A stretch of 64,000 bases of DNA from an uncultured virus (IMG/VR IMGVR_UViG_3300049139_000197) (IMGVR_UViG_3300049139_000197); one strand, 5' to 3'. Counted from the stretch's first letter, positions 9,586-19,315 are shown. Program-made: numbers and translations. The notes: generated from the letters alone by a model not told the origin.

Positions 9586-9999
9586 GTGGCCCACCAGACC
9601 GACACGACCCCCCAGACCGACAGGACCCGCCTCACCGACCAGCAGATCGACGAGTACGAGGCCCTCATCAACGCCGCATCCCCCAGTCCCTGGCGACGCT
9701 GGAGAACCGGCACACCAGCCGAGATCGTGGACCCCGACGACACCTCCACCGGTCGCATCTGGACCGGACCCGACGCCGACTTCATCATCGCCTCTCGCTC
9801 CATGGCACCCCAACTGGTCCGGCAGGTAAAGGATCTCCGAGGCCTGGTTCGCGACTTCCTCGACCCGGACCCGTGCTCGTTCGACCACCACGGTTATTGC
9901 CAGACACACGGCTACCTGGGCGGCGAATCGGCGAGCTGCCCGCACGGCCGCGCCCGGAAGATGCTCGCCGCCCTCGAGAACAAGGAGCCCACCACGTGA
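9586..9999 (+). CDS. Ead/Ea22-like phage protein
   Basis: AASPSPW...DADFIIASR motif; Cys/His-rich C-terminus. Confidence 0.6.
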   Translation: MAHQTDTTPQTDRTRLTDQQIDEYEALINAASPSPWRRWRTGTPAEIVDPDDTSTGRIWTGPDADFIIASRSMAPQLVRQVKDLRGLVRDFLDPDPCSFDHHGYCQTHGYLGGESASCPHGRARKMLAALENKEPTT

Positions 10000-10385
10000 G
10001 CGTCACGCACCACCCCGCCCCCATCGTCGATGAACACTGGCAAGGCGAAGAACTTGCCACCGACGACACTCACCGGTACGTGTGGATCTGGCAGGGCTTC
10101 AACATTCGCCTCCTCGCCATCCCCCACGGCGAGGCCGGCCAGTGGGGGTACGACCACGCCTGGTGCTACCCCCACGACCCCGAAACCGTTCGGGAAGCAG
10201 TCGCCGAGTGGGACCCGGACATCGAGGACGAGCCTGCGGGCTGGCACAAGCGCCCTACCGTCCCCATACGCCGCGCGCCGCGCCGCGACGAGGCCCCGAG
10301 CTACAACCGGCCCCGCTGCCTGCATGGCTGCTACGTGCACGACGGCTGCCGCACCATCAACTGCCCCGACCAGGAGGAACGGTGA
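9996..10385 (+). CDS. hypothetical protein
   Basis: GTGA coupling; AAGGAG RBS. Confidence 0.65.
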   Translation: MSVTHHPAPIVDEHWQGEELATDDTHRYVWIWQGFNIRLLAIPHGEAGQWGYDHAWCYPHDPETVREAVAEWDPDIEDEPAGWHKRPTVPIRRAPRRDEAPSYNRPRCLHGCYVHDGCRTINCPDQEER

Positions 10386-10816
10386 CCGAGAAGCCGACGC
10401 CGTGCAGCATCCCGAACCCCTGCGAAGACGGCGAACTCTGCGCCGCCCACGAAGAGGAGCAAGCCCACGCCGACGGCGAGCACGAATTCTGCGGCATCAC
10501 CTGCGAGATCCAGATGCCGTCCGCGCCCATGTACAACTCGATCGTCGCCCACGGCATCCCCGGCACCGCCGGCATGCTCAACGAACTCCTGCGCCGCGCC
10601 GCAGCCGGCCTGCTACCTACCGCCGAGGAGCGCGCGCCTGGTCCTGACGTCGTGGCGTACCAGCGTCCCGACCAGCCGAACGTGCTGTGGTGTCGCAAGC
10701 ACGGAGCCCGCTGGTGGGGCCTGACGCCACTGACGTCAGATGACCTGCCGGACGGTGGCCTGTGCGGCGAGTGCGGCGTGGACGTCCTCATTGCGCAGCA
10801 GGCGAAGGAGGCCTGA
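10382..10816 (+). CDS. hypothetical Cys-rich protein
   Basis: GTGA coupling; GGAGG RBS. Confidence 0.65.
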   Translation: MTEKPTPCSIPNPCEDGELCAAHEEEQAHADGEHEFCGITCEIQMPSAPMYNSIVAHGIPGTAGMLNELLRRAAAGLLPTAEERAPGPDVVAYQRPDQPNVLWCRKHGARWWGLTPLTSDDLPDGGLCGECGVDVLIAQQAKEA

Positions 10817-10818
10817 CC

Positions 10819-11574
10819 GTGGGAGCAGCACTCCACCTCGCGCACGCCCAGGAGACGCCCGCACGAAAGCGGAAGAGGAAGGGTGGCGGCGGCGGGGGCG
10901 ATGGCTACGACGCCCTCGTGGCACGCGTCTACCAAGACCAGCGCATGACCCCCGAAGCCCGCGAACTGATCCTCCTCCTCGCCTGGCTGACCGTACGCGA
11001 CCCCAACCGGTACGACACAGACGGTAACCTCATCAACTGGAGGAAACGCGCCTCAAAGATCCTCGGCGAGTACGGGCCCGGACCCCGCAAACAGTCCCGT
11101 CTCGCTGACCTGCTGTACGCCGACCGGCCCCGCTACGAAGCCGAACGTGACGGGTGGGAGCAGCGTCAGTGCGCCGCACCCATGATCCGACGATCCGGCC
11201 TGTGCGGACAGCACGCCGTCGGCCACGACTACACCGTCGACCAGGAGACGGGGTGGCGGACCGCGGTCTGGTACTGCCGCCGTCACGAGTCCTGGGGGCG
11301 TGACCTTCGCACGCAGCGTCTCGCCAACCCGGGTCCGGAGCCGATTCCGAACGCTGGCGGGCTGGTCGCCTCGTACCTGCTGGTCGAGGGCCAGGAACAG
11401 GCGTGGGCGCGCTTGTACAAGGAGGCGGCTGTGTGGAAGTACGACCGGCACTGGGAGCCTCCGAAGGCGTACGGGGTCGTGGCCGACAACTGGCCAGTAC
11501 CGGGCAGGGACCCGGTGCCGCAGCGTGCTCGGCTCCGACTCGTCCTCGGCGGGGCCGACCTGGAGGACGCGTGA
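10819..11574 (+). CDS. hypothetical protein
   Basis: AAGGAGG RBS before GTG; GC3 bias. Confidence 0.7.
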   Translation: MGAALHLAHAQETPARKRKRKGGGGGGDGYDALVARVYQDQRMTPEARELILLLAWLTVRDPNRYDTDGNLINWRKRASKILGEYGPGPRKQSRLADLLYADRPRYEAERDGWEQRQCAAPMIRRSGLCGQHAVGHDYTVDQETGWRTAVWYCRRHESWGRDLRTQRLANPGPEPIPNAGGLVASYLLVEGQEQAWARLYKEAAVWKYDRHWEPPKAYGVVADNWPVPGRDPVPQRARLRLVLGGADLEDA

Positions 11575-11712
11575 GGCGTCCGATTTCGAAGCGGGACCTG
11601 TTGCGCCGCATCGAAGCCCTCGAAGCTCGCCTGGACAAGCCCACGCCGGCCCCGCTCGACGGACAACAGGCCATCGACCTCGACGACGAGGAAGCCGACG
11701 GGGCCCTGTTCC

Positions 11713-12786
11713 CTATGCCGCCGCGGTCCCGGTAGGTCTCGGTAAGGCCTCCGGTGCGCTGTCGTCGACCGTGCGGTCCGGGGACAAGGTGTATTGGTGG
11801 ATCAGCTCGTTCAGTGTGCGCACCCCCCACCGGGCTTTCAGCACCGCGATCTCCTCCTCCAGCTTCCGCTTCGACATCCCCAGCTTGCGGGCCGTCGCTG
11901 CCTGCGACTCTCCCGCACACAGGTAGCGCATGATGCCCCGCTGCTGCCGGTCCGTACGCACCCCGTCCGGACCGGTCACCGTGTCCACCCCGCCCCGTGT
12001 ACGGAGTTCCCCCGCCCACGGCTGCGCCCACTGCCACGACGTCTCAAACCCCTTCGCCAGCACCGCGACCACGGCCGGGTCTTTCACCAGCCACGCCGCG
12101 TGCGGCAACGAGCCGGCCACGATGTGATCCGATATGAACGCATACTCCCGGTCCACGATGACCATGCGTTCGAAGTCCCCCACCAGCGTCGCGTACCGGG
12201 CAGGCCGTCCCGTGGTGCGGGTCGACATGGTGCGCGCGTACTCCGCCGTCAAGGCATGGTCCCGCACCGTGTCCCGGTAGAGGGTGCGTATCTCCACCCC
12301 CCGGTCCAGTGCGGCACTGTCGCGGGCTATCGCCATCTCGAGGAGCTCCCGCTTACGCGGCCCGCCGGGCTGCGCGGCGAGGATCTCCCTGCGGGCATCG
12401 CCGATGACGTCCTGGAGGCGGGCGTTCACCGTCTCCGGGTCGGACAGGTACACGCTCGCCGCGCCCGCCCGCAGCTGCACCTGCCGGTACTCGCGGATCA
12501 GGTCACGGGACAGGTCCGGCATGCTGGCGACGAGGTCGATACGGCGGCGTGCTTCCTCAAGTTCGAGGGTCACCTTGGCGCGCAGGGCCTGCTGCGGGTC
12601 GCGGGCCACCGGGCGGTGTTCATCGCTGATGAGGCCCCAGTGCAGCAATTCCGTACGGGCATTGGGATGGTCGGCTTGCATTTGGTCGGCAAGGTCCCAT
12701 TCCTGTCGGGCAATTGCCCCGTACAAGCGGGTTGCTGCGGGGGACAAAGGCCCGTCGCTGTCACTCTCGGCGAAAACCGTGGCCAA
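11713..12786 (-). CDS. LuxR-type HTH transcriptional regulator with TrmB-like central sensor domain
   Basis: LDRGVEIRTLY...RMVIVDREYAF...FETSWQWAQP core plus C-terminal GESQAATARKLGMSKRKLEEEIAVLK HTH, typical of Streptomyces TrmB/LuxR regulators. Confidence 0.85.
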   Translation of the reverse strand: MATVFAESDSDGPLSPAATRLYGAIARQEWDLADQMQADHPNARTELLHWGLISDEHRPVARDPQQALRAKVTLELEEARRRIDLVASMPDLSRDLIREYRQVQLRAGAASVYLSDPETVNARLQDVIGDARREILAAQPGGPRKRELLEMAIARDSAALDRGVEIRTLYRDTVRDHALTAEYARTMSTRTTGRPARYATLVGDFERMVIVDREYAFISDHIVAGSLPHAAWLVKDPAVVAVLAKGFETSWQWAQPWAGELRTRGGVDTVTGPDGVRTDRQQRGIMRYLCAGESQAATARKLGMSKRKLEEEIAVLKARWGVRTLNELIHQYTLSPDRTVDDSAPEALPRPTGTAAA

Positions 12787-13062
12787 CGCTTATCCCTTCG
12801 ACACCACACCATAGATCAACTGCGGGTTCCCGCACCGCGCACACCCGCACCCACCAGCCGTTGAATACCCCGCCACGCTACGGCAGATTTGCCGTGGGGC
12901 GTCCCCCGAAGCTCGTACACCAGACCCTCCCCCCAAGCCGCACGCGTCTACTGCCAGAACACGCGTACAGCGAAAGGGGGTTCGCAGCAGGGTCCGACTA
13001 CGACAACCGGGTCAGACGCCCCGTTATCGTTCTCATAAACGAATGAAAGGGGACCGCCGACC

Positions 13063-13269
13063 GTGAACCGACCACTACGGGGAATCCTCGCCGGCCTCGC
13101 CCTCGCCACCGCCGCGGCCGCCGGAACACTCACCACCAACACCCTCAGCGCCCCACCCGACACCGCCTGGGGCGCCTCCGACAACAGCCACGACACCGCC
13201 TGGGGAACACCCCCCGTCGACGGCACCAGCATCCCGTCCGTCACCCCGCTCGACACCGCCTGGGGCTGA
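13063..13269 (+). CDS. secreted precursor peptide with three DTAWG repeats
   Basis: GAAAGGGG RBS; basic then hydrophobic signal peptide; DTAWG x3, the last at the C-terminus. Confidence 0.8.
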   Translation: MNRPLRGILAGLALATAAAAGTLTTNTLSAPPDTAWGASDNSHDTAWGTPPVDGTSIPSVTPLDTAWG

Positions 13270-13372
13270 CCACCCCACCCGTGAGCCGGCCCGGCAGGCG
13301 TGCCCCCAGCACCCCGCCGGGCCTCCTTTTGCCCGGGGGAACGTTCGGCCGGAACCGCGGGACGGTAGAGAC

Positions 13373-13651
13373 ATGGCCCGATACCGCAAGAAGCCCGTAG
13401 AGATCGACGCCGTCCGCGTCACGGACACCCTCAAGGCAGCCAAGCACGCCTGGGACGAACTCCCCCACTGGATCACCCAGGCCTACGACAACGGAACCAT
13501 CCTCTTCCTCGACGACGCCGTCTCCATCAGCACCCTCGAAGGTCAGATGCGCGGCGACCGCGACGACTGGATCGTGCGAGGAGTCCAAGGCGAGCTGTAC
13601 CCGGTGAAGCCCGACATCTTCGAAGCCACATACGAGCCCGCTTCTGCGTAA
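13373..13651 (+). CDS. conserved phage protein (PGDYG-like)
   Basis: YRKKPVEIDA...ISTLEGQM...DWIVRGVQGELYPVKPDIFEATYE. Confidence 0.85.
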   Translation: MARYRKKPVEIDAVRVTDTLKAAKHAWDELPHWITQAYDNGTILFLDDAVSISTLEGQMRGDRDDWIVRGVQGELYPVKPDIFEATYEPASA

Positions 13652-13891
13652 GCGTCTGTCAGTACCTCGTGGCAGGCTCCTGGTAGCGCATCGGCTCGCC
13701 TCCTGACGGTGAGGGGCGGGCCTCGCGCGTGTTCGGGGCCGGTTGTCAGTGGGGCGTGCCATCCTGGGTGTGGCGGTACCCGGGTCTCCTGACGGCCCGG
13801 CCGATCGGACCGCCCGCGCTGGCCTGATCCACCAGCGCCCCACCTTCCGCCCCTGTCCCGCATCCCCCGTCGGGACAGGGGCGGTCGTGCG

Positions 13892-14233
13892 TCACCCCTC
13901 CAGGAACCCCAGCTCCGCATCCGGCCGGCAGTGCCCACACGCGGCCACCCCCTCCGACAACGCCCGCAGCGCTGCGGCCCGGTCCACGCCCTTCGCCCTC
14001 TTCCCCGCCATGTGGCACTCCCCGACGTGTACGGCGATCGGCAGGGCATCCCGGTTCAGCCCGTAGTCCAGTACCCACTCCGGCGCCGGCGGCCTGCGCT
14101 CCTCACCCGTGCGCTTCTCCGCCAGGCGACGCTCCTCCTCGGCGATCCAGCGGCGGGTCCGCTCGAGGTCGGCGGCCTGGACGCGTTCCAGGAAGCGCAG
14201 CATTTCGAGACGGGACGGCGGACGATCGTTCAC
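13892..14233 (-). CDS. DUF6233-like protein
   Basis: VHVGECHMAG...ALSEGVAACGHCRPDAELG motif. Confidence 0.75.
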   Translation of the reverse strand: MNDRPPSRLEMLRFLERVQAADLERTRRWIAEEERRLAEKRTGEERRPPAPEWVLDYGLNRDALPIAVHVGECHMAGKRAKGVDRAAALRALSEGVAACGHCRPDAELGFLEG

Positions 14234-14241
14234 GTGTTCGA
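14226..14241 (-). promoter_or_regulatory. LexA (SOS) box
   Basis: TCGAAC-ACGT-GAACGA fits the actinobacterial TCGAAC-N4-GNNCGA consensus; adjacent TAGACT -10 element. Confidence 0.7.
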
Positions 14242-14350
14242 GTCTACGGACACACAAAAAGAGCCCGCCACCTGCACGAAGCAGATGACGGGCCACAACC
14301 CCATCGCCAAGCGGTAGCCCCCCTCGATGACGGACCACCCACGCTACGCC

Positions 14351-14995
14351 TCACCCCACATACGGGGGAAGCACCCCAGCAACACGGGCAGCCAGTGCCG
14401 CAGCCCTCGCCGGATCCCTCCCATCAGGCGCGGCCGCCAGTGTCGGCACCAGCCAGTCCGGGCCCAGCACCCACACCGGACCCGACCACGCATCCGCACG
14501 CGCCTCCAGCCGGCCGCCCGGGATCGGGGAGCCGTGCACCACCAGCAACGGCCACACCGACCCCGCTGGCACCCCCACGGCCTGGGCGACACGGGACGCG
14601 TACCGGGCCACGGCCTCTATTTGCCCGTGCCGGTCCTCCGCCCCGCAGTGCACACGACCCCGCAAGAGAACGGTCTGCCGCTGGGCGTGCCAGCGTTTCG
14701 TGTCCAGCACCACCACTGCCGTGCCGCACGGGGAGACGAGGACGTGGTCGAGGTTGGCCCTCGAGCCGGGTAACGCCCGGTCGTGGAACACCCGCCAGCC
14801 CTGGACCTCGAGCGCGCCAAGCATCCCAGCAGTGACGGCCTCCGCCTCGGCGCCGAGGCTCCAGCGGGCCGCCACAGCCTCCCTGCGCCGCGCCCCGGCA
14901 TCCAGGCCCAGCCAGGCCAGGACACGCCACCACAGGCCCTCACGAGGCGCACGAAGCCGTGCAGCCTGACGAGCCGCCGAGTTGTCCGCGGTCAC
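14351..14995 (-). CDS. NERD nuclease-related domain protein
   Basis: GAEAE...GWRVFHDRALPGSRANLDHVLV.P...VVLDTKRW. Confidence 0.85.
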   Translation of the reverse strand: MTADNSAARQAARLRAPREGLWWRVLAWLGLDAGARRREAVAARWSLGAEAEAVTAGMLGALEVQGWRVFHDRALPGSRANLDHVLVSPCGTAVVVLDTKRWHAQRQTVLLRGRVHCGAEDRHGQIEAVARYASRVAQAVGVPAGSVWPLLVVHGSPIPGGRLEARADAWSGPVWVLGPDWLVPTLAAAPDGRDPARAAALAARVAGVLPPYVG

Positions 14996-15459
14996 CGGCC
15001 GGCCTCCGCCATCAGGTCGTTGTAGCCGTCCAACGTGGCCATCAGCACGTCCGCAGCCACACCCACCAAGACCACCGCGTCATGCCGCTCCGCCGCCACC
15101 TGGCGCCACTTCGCGACCAGAGCCTTCGCCTGCGCCACCTGCCGCTCCGCGGCCTCGGCCCGATACCGCAACGCCTCCGGGTCGTCGTCCTCCGGCCGGT
15201 AGTCGGGAGCCAGCATCCGCTCGTACCGCGGACGCCACTCCTGGCAACGCTCACACGACACCGAGGTCCCCGTCGGCAGCGGACCCTGCCGCATCGAACC
15301 CCCACACAGCGACATGCCCGTCGCCCACGCCCCGAACGCCGGCAGCCACTCGTACACCGACCAGTGCGTCTCGTCCGATTCGTATTCGGCGACGGGCCGC
15401 AGGTAGCGGCGCGACCGGTCCAGGCCCTGCTCATCGCCGAGGTGAACGTTGACGCTCAT
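14992..15459 (-). CDS. hypothetical protein
   Basis: Coupled gene in the minus-strand operon. Confidence 0.65.
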   Translation of the reverse strand: MSVNVHLGDEQGLDRSRRYLRPVAEYESDETHWSVYEWLPAFGAWATGMSLCGGSMRQGPLPTGTSVSCERCQEWRPRYERMLAPDYRPEDDDPEALRYRAEAAERQVAQAKALVAKWRQVAAERHDAVVLVGVAADVLMATLDGYNDLMAEAGR

Positions 15460-15893
15460 GCCTCACGCCCCCGGCTGATGGTGACGTCCAGGCGCATGTC
15501 CTGCCCGTGCTCCGCGACCACCAGGTCTCGGATCGTCTCAGCCCACTGGACGGCGTTCTCATCGGTCGGCGCCTGCACCACGATCCGCACATCCCGCACC
15601 CCTGGCGTTGCCTGCCTCTCCTCTACCCGACCCTCCTGACGCGCGCGCCATTCCTGGTAGTAGGCCCAGCCCAACAGGTCCGCCGTACCGCCCTGCACCT
15701 CACCGCCCAATACGACGCCGAGGGCACCCCGAAGGCCGACCAGCTCACCACGCACGTGCTCCACGATGGCCACCTGCGCCTCCGGGCCCTTGCTCTTGGT
15801 CAGCTCCTCGAGCCGCTGGTGCCGGCGGTGCCACTCCGCGGCAAGGGCGTCTGCCACAACGTCGGTCGCTTCGGTCGCTGTCTGGTCGGTCAT
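15456..15893 (-). CDS. hypothetical protein
   Basis: GAAGGAG RBS before MTDQTATE. Confidence 0.65.
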   Translation of the reverse strand: MTDQTATEATDVVADALAAEWHRRHQRLEELTKSKGPEAQVAIVEHVRGELVGLRGALGVVLGGEVQGGTADLLGWAYYQEWRARQEGRVEERQATPGVRDVRIVVQAPTDENAVQWAETIRDLVVAEHGQDMRLDVTISRGREA

Positions 15894-16092
15894 GCTGCTC
15901 CTTCGAAGGTGGTGGGGTTCCAGGTGTCGGGTCCGGGGATGGTGCGCACCTTGCGGCCCTTGTGCCGGGACGGCCAGATACGGCCCACCGGCCGGCGGGA
16001 CCGCGTGCACTCGGGGCTGCCGTGCTTGGACAGGCGGCCACGCGAGCTCATCGCCACGTCCTGCTGGCAGTCGGGGCACGTGATGCGGATCG

Positions 16093-16494
16093 TCACCGGG
16101 ACCCCTGGAAGGTCCACCAGCCGTCATAGCCCTCGGGCAGGACCGGGTAGTTGGCGAGCATCGGCTGAAGCACAGCGAGGTGCTGCTGCTGAACGTCGAG
16201 GGTGACGTTCCCCCAGTACGACGTGCCATCCCAGCGGCCGTGGCAGTCGCCGCCATACCGGCCGTCGGTGTAGCGCTCGAGGAACTGGACTGCGTCGACG
16301 GGCTCAGGGTCGTCAATGAGGGTGTGGAGGTCTCCGATGCAGGCGACGGGCTCAGTCTTGCGGCCGCGGAACCAGACCGCATCGACGGTGTACCAGGCCC
16401 AGGTGTTGCCAGGCTGGCGTTCGGTCCGGCGGAAGGAGGAGAGGTCGACGGCGTAGGGCTTGCGGGAGATCAGGAACTTGGTCTCGCGGATCAT
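16093..16494 (-). CDS. hypothetical protein
   Basis: MIRETKF start with ATGA coupling. Confidence 0.65.
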   Translation of the reverse strand: MIRETKFLISRKPYAVDLSSFRRTERQPGNTWAWYTVDAVWFRGRKTEPVACIGDLHTLIDDPEPVDAVQFLERYTDGRYGGDCHGRWDGTSYWGNVTLDVQQQHLAVLQPMLANYPVLPEGYDGWWTFQGSR

Positions 16495-16736
16495 GCGGTC
16501 TTCCTTGTCTTCGAGGGGGCGGGTCGGGCGTGCGCGCGCCGTGGCCGGCCACGGCGCACCAGCCGGGCCGCGTGCTCCACGGCCAGGGCCACGGCGACGG
16601 AGATGGCTGTGCAGACGATGACCGCGCCGGGGCTGAGAATCCGAGCTTGGGTGAGGGTGAGCCACGCCCAGGCGGTGCCGCAGGCTATGGCGCCGACGAG
16701 GACACTGGAGGCGAGGAGCGGGGGTATGTGGTGCAC
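16491..16736 (-). CDS. small membrane protein
   Basis: Two hydrophobic segments; GGGAGG RBS. Confidence 0.55.
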   Translation of the reverse strand: MHHIPPLLASSVLVGAIACGTAWAWLTLTQARILSPGAVIVCTAISVAVALAVEHAARLVRRGRPRRAHARPAPSKTRKTA

Positions 16737-16797
16737 GAGCCCTCCCGGGCATTGATCGGTCTTACCCGCCGATGGCGGTGTCTAAGATGTCCGTTTC

Positions 16798-17151
16798 TCA
16801 GGGAGCGCGGTAGCCGCGGTTCGCGTCCGCCGGCACCGCAACGTCGCCCAGCGACAGCAGCCCCAGAGCCATCGCGATCGCCACCGCATGCGTGCGGTCC
16901 ACCGCGCGCAGCTTCCGCCGGACCTTCACCATGCGCGTCTTCACCGTGTCCTCCGTCAAACCCATGGCGCGGGCGATAGCCCGGTTGGTGTGGCCGTTCG
17001 CGGCGAGGAGCAGCGTCTGGCGTTCCCGGGTGGTGATGTAGGCGCGGGGCTGGTCGTCGTCGCGTACGAGGTGGGGGTAGGCGCGAAGGTCGAGGACGGG
17101 GACGGGCCCGCCACCCTGAGGCGACGGGCCCACCTGAACCGGGGCGCTCAC
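16798..17151 (-). CDS. stand-alone LuxR-family HTH regulator
   Basis: ITTRERQTLLLAANGHTNRAIARAMGLTEDTVKTRM..VRRKL...DRTHAVA. Confidence 0.85.
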   Translation of the reverse strand: MSAPVQVGPSPQGGGPVPVLDLRAYPHLVRDDDQPRAYITTRERQTLLLAANGHTNRAIARAMGLTEDTVKTRMVKVRRKLRAVDRTHAVAIAMALGLLSLGDVAVPADANRGYRAP

Positions 17152-17558
17152 AGATGACCGCCATGAGTTCCGAAGCCGTCCAGCAACTCGTGCAGCCACC
17201 GGTACTCGTGGCTCGTGGCCCAAGCCCGCACCCGCGCCACCTGGCCCTCCAACTCGGCGACGCGGTCCAGGAGGAACCTCACGTCGTCGCGGGCGTGCGC
17301 GGTGAACGCTGCGTCGGCTTGGACCTGCGCCCAGTCCTCTTCGGCCGTCCACTCCTTGTGGGTCGGGTCGTTGTCGAGGGGCTCGTCCTCGAGACGGCAG
17401 ATCTCGCGGCGAGCCCGGTAGCCGCAGCCGGTCTCCTTCAGATCGGCGGCCACGTCGATCCTGCTGCCGGACTCGTAGACACCCCACGGGCCAGGAGTGG
17501 CGGCCTGCTCACGGGCGCGGATCTCGTCGAGCCGGGTGGTGTCGGGTGTGGTGGTCAT
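17148..17558 (-). CDS. Ead/Ea22-like phage protein
   Basis: LDEIRAREQAATPGPW...DAAFTAHARDDVRFLL. Confidence 0.65.
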   Translation of the reverse strand: MTTTPDTTRLDEIRAREQAATPGPWGVYESGSRIDVAADLKETGCGYRARREICRLEDEPLDNDPTHKEWTAEEDWAQVQADAAFTAHARDDVRFLLDRVAELEGQVARVRAWATSHEYRWLHELLDGFGTHGGHL

Positions 17559-17572
17559 GCTGGGGTCCCCCT

Positions 17573-18115
17573 TCAGGCGGGCAGGTAGTAGAGCTGGATG
17601 GCGTGCTCGTCGCCCTCCGCGGCGTGCAGGTTCACGGTCCACGGGCGTTCGGCGTCCTCGGGCTCCCACTCGAACACCGCCCACCGGGCCTGAATCGCCT
17701 GATAGTTCACCGACTCGACGTCCAGGCCGGAGTCCCGGTCATACGCCGCGGCGGCCGCAATGGCCTTCTCCCGGTCGGCGGTGAGCAGGATCAGGTCCTC
17801 CCCGTCCTCACCGATCGTCGACATCGGAACGCCCTCCCACACGCCGAGCATGTCGCCGGCGGTGGGTTGGAAGGGCCCCATCGGCAGCTCAGGCACCGGC
17901 ACGATGTCGTCCAGGTACTGGAGGCCCTGGTAGTCGTGACGGGCGTGCAGGTTGTAGCGGGTGCCGTCGAGACGGATCCACACTGCTGCGCCGGTCTGGG
18001 TGGGGTCGACGTGGGTGATGATGCCGGGCTGTTTGGGTCCGTTGGGGAGGTCGCGGTGGTAGGTGAGCGTGACGCGGCGGCCGGCGACGGCTTTCTCCGT
18101 CAGGGTGATGGTCAT
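17573..18115 (-). CDS. hypothetical protein
   Basis: TGATG coupling; GC3 bias. Confidence 0.65.
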   Translation of the reverse strand: MTITLTEKAVAGRRVTLTYHRDLPNGPKQPGIITHVDPTQTGAAVWIRLDGTRYNLHARHDYQGLQYLDDIVPVPELPMGPFQPTAGDMLGVWEGVPMSTIGEDGEDLILLTADREKAIAAAAAYDRDSGLDVESVNYQAIQARWAVFEWEPEDAERPWTVNLHAAEGDEHAIQLYYLPA

Positions 18116-18336
18116 CAGTCGTCGTCCTCGCAGTCGTCGGAGCCGTGCACCTTGACCTTCGACTTCTTCGACTTGGACTTGCCGCCGCCCTTGCCGTCGA
18201 CGAACCCGACGGCGGCGACGGTCACCGTGGTGGTGCCGGCGGCGTCGCAGTCTTCGGTGTCGGAGCATGCGGTCAGGCCGAACACGGCCAGGGTCAGGGC
18301 AGTGAGGGCGGCGGCGATGCGCCTGGTGGTCTTCAT
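18115..18336 (-). CDS. small lipoprotein
   Basis: MKTTRRIAAAL...LTAC lipobox; GAAGGAG RBS. Confidence 0.7.
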   Translation of the reverse strand: MKTTRRIAAALTALTLAVFGLTACSDTEDCDAAGTTTVTVAAVGFVDGKGGGKSKSKKSKVKVHGSDDCEDDD

Positions 18337-18827
18337 GCGGTGGGGTTCTCCTTCGTCTGAAGCGGGCAGGGCTCCATGGCGTACTCGCCGAGCGGCAACC
18401 GACGGCAGGAGCAGGACGTCTCCTCGCGGATGTGCGAGCAGACCTCGAGGTCGGTCTTCTCGTCGCCGTCGTCGGTGAAGTACTCGTCGCACTCCCGCTC
18501 GAGGCAGTCGATACCGCCGACCCAGACCTGCACCGGCTGGTGCTCCGCATCCGGGTTGGGCACCAGGCCGCGCTTCGGACGGGTGTGGTCGCGGCCCTCG
18601 CAGCGGTCCCACGGCACCATGTCGCCGAGTTCGGCGGAGCAGGCCGGGCAGGCGGTCCCGGCCGGAGCGGACAGGCACAGGACGCCGTCGTCGTAGGGCT
18701 GGTGGCCCAGCGTCATCCACTCGTCCCAGGCGTCGGTGCCACGCTCGGGGATGGGTTTGTGCGGGCAGTGCTCGGTCTCGGTGTCCCAGTAGAACTGGGC
18801 GGGCTCGTGCTCGTGGATCGCGGTCAT
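18333..18827 (-). CDS. hypothetical Cys-rich protein
   Basis: AAGGAG RBS; coupled to neighbours. Confidence 0.65.
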   Translation of the reverse strand: MTAIHEHEPAQFYWDTETEHCPHKPIPERGTDAWDEWMTLGHQPYDDGVLCLSAPAGTACPACSAELGDMVPWDRCEGRDHTRPKRGLVPNPDAEHQPVQVWVGGIDCLERECDEYFTDDGDEKTDLEVCSHIREETSCSCRRLPLGEYAMEPCPLQTKENPTA

Positions 18828-19315
18828 GCGGTGGTGTTCTCCTTGGTCTTGGAGCGGCGGGTGAACGGGAGCCGGCCAGAGGGGCGCCCGAACAGCGAGC
18901 GCCGAGCCGGGACGTTGGAGGGCTTGGGGGCGGGCTGTACGGCCGCAGGCGGCTCAGCGACGGCCGGTACGGGCTCGGGAGTATCGACAGCCCCGGCGGG
19001 GTGCCACAGCTCCACCCACACGCCGTCACGCCGCCACACCAGCACCACCCGGTCCGTGGCGTCGACGTCGAACAGCGGGCGCAGATCCCCCGGGAACGGC
19101 AGGTTCACGTGGAAGTCCCGGGCGAACATGCGCAGCGCCCACCCCGCACGCCGACCCGGAACCTGGGCAGACAGCAGCGGTGAACTGTCCGGGGTGACGC
19201 TCTCCACCCAGGAAGGCGCGGTGGCGTCGAGGCCCTTCTCGCGGGCGAACAGCTGCCACGACTGGGTGGCGTGCTCTCTGGCCGCGGCCAGCATGTCGGT
19301 GGTGGTGTCGGTCAT
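18824..19315 (-). CDS. hypothetical protein
   Basis: AAGGA RBS before MTDTTTD. Confidence 0.65.
   Translation of the reverse strand: MTDTTTDMLAAAREHATQSWQLFAREKGLDATAPSWVESVTPDSSPLLSAQVPGRRAGWALRMFARDFHVNLPFPGDLRPLFDVDATDRVVLVWRRDGVWVELWHPAGAVDTPEPVPAVAEPPAAVQPAPKPSNVPARRSLFGRPSGRLPFTRRSKTKENTTA

Noticed and set aside
13159..13265. Three 14-bp direct repeats as a mini CRISPR array
   Set aside because: The repeats are too short, the spacers are unequal, all copies are in frame as DTAWG, and no cas genes are present; they are coding repeats
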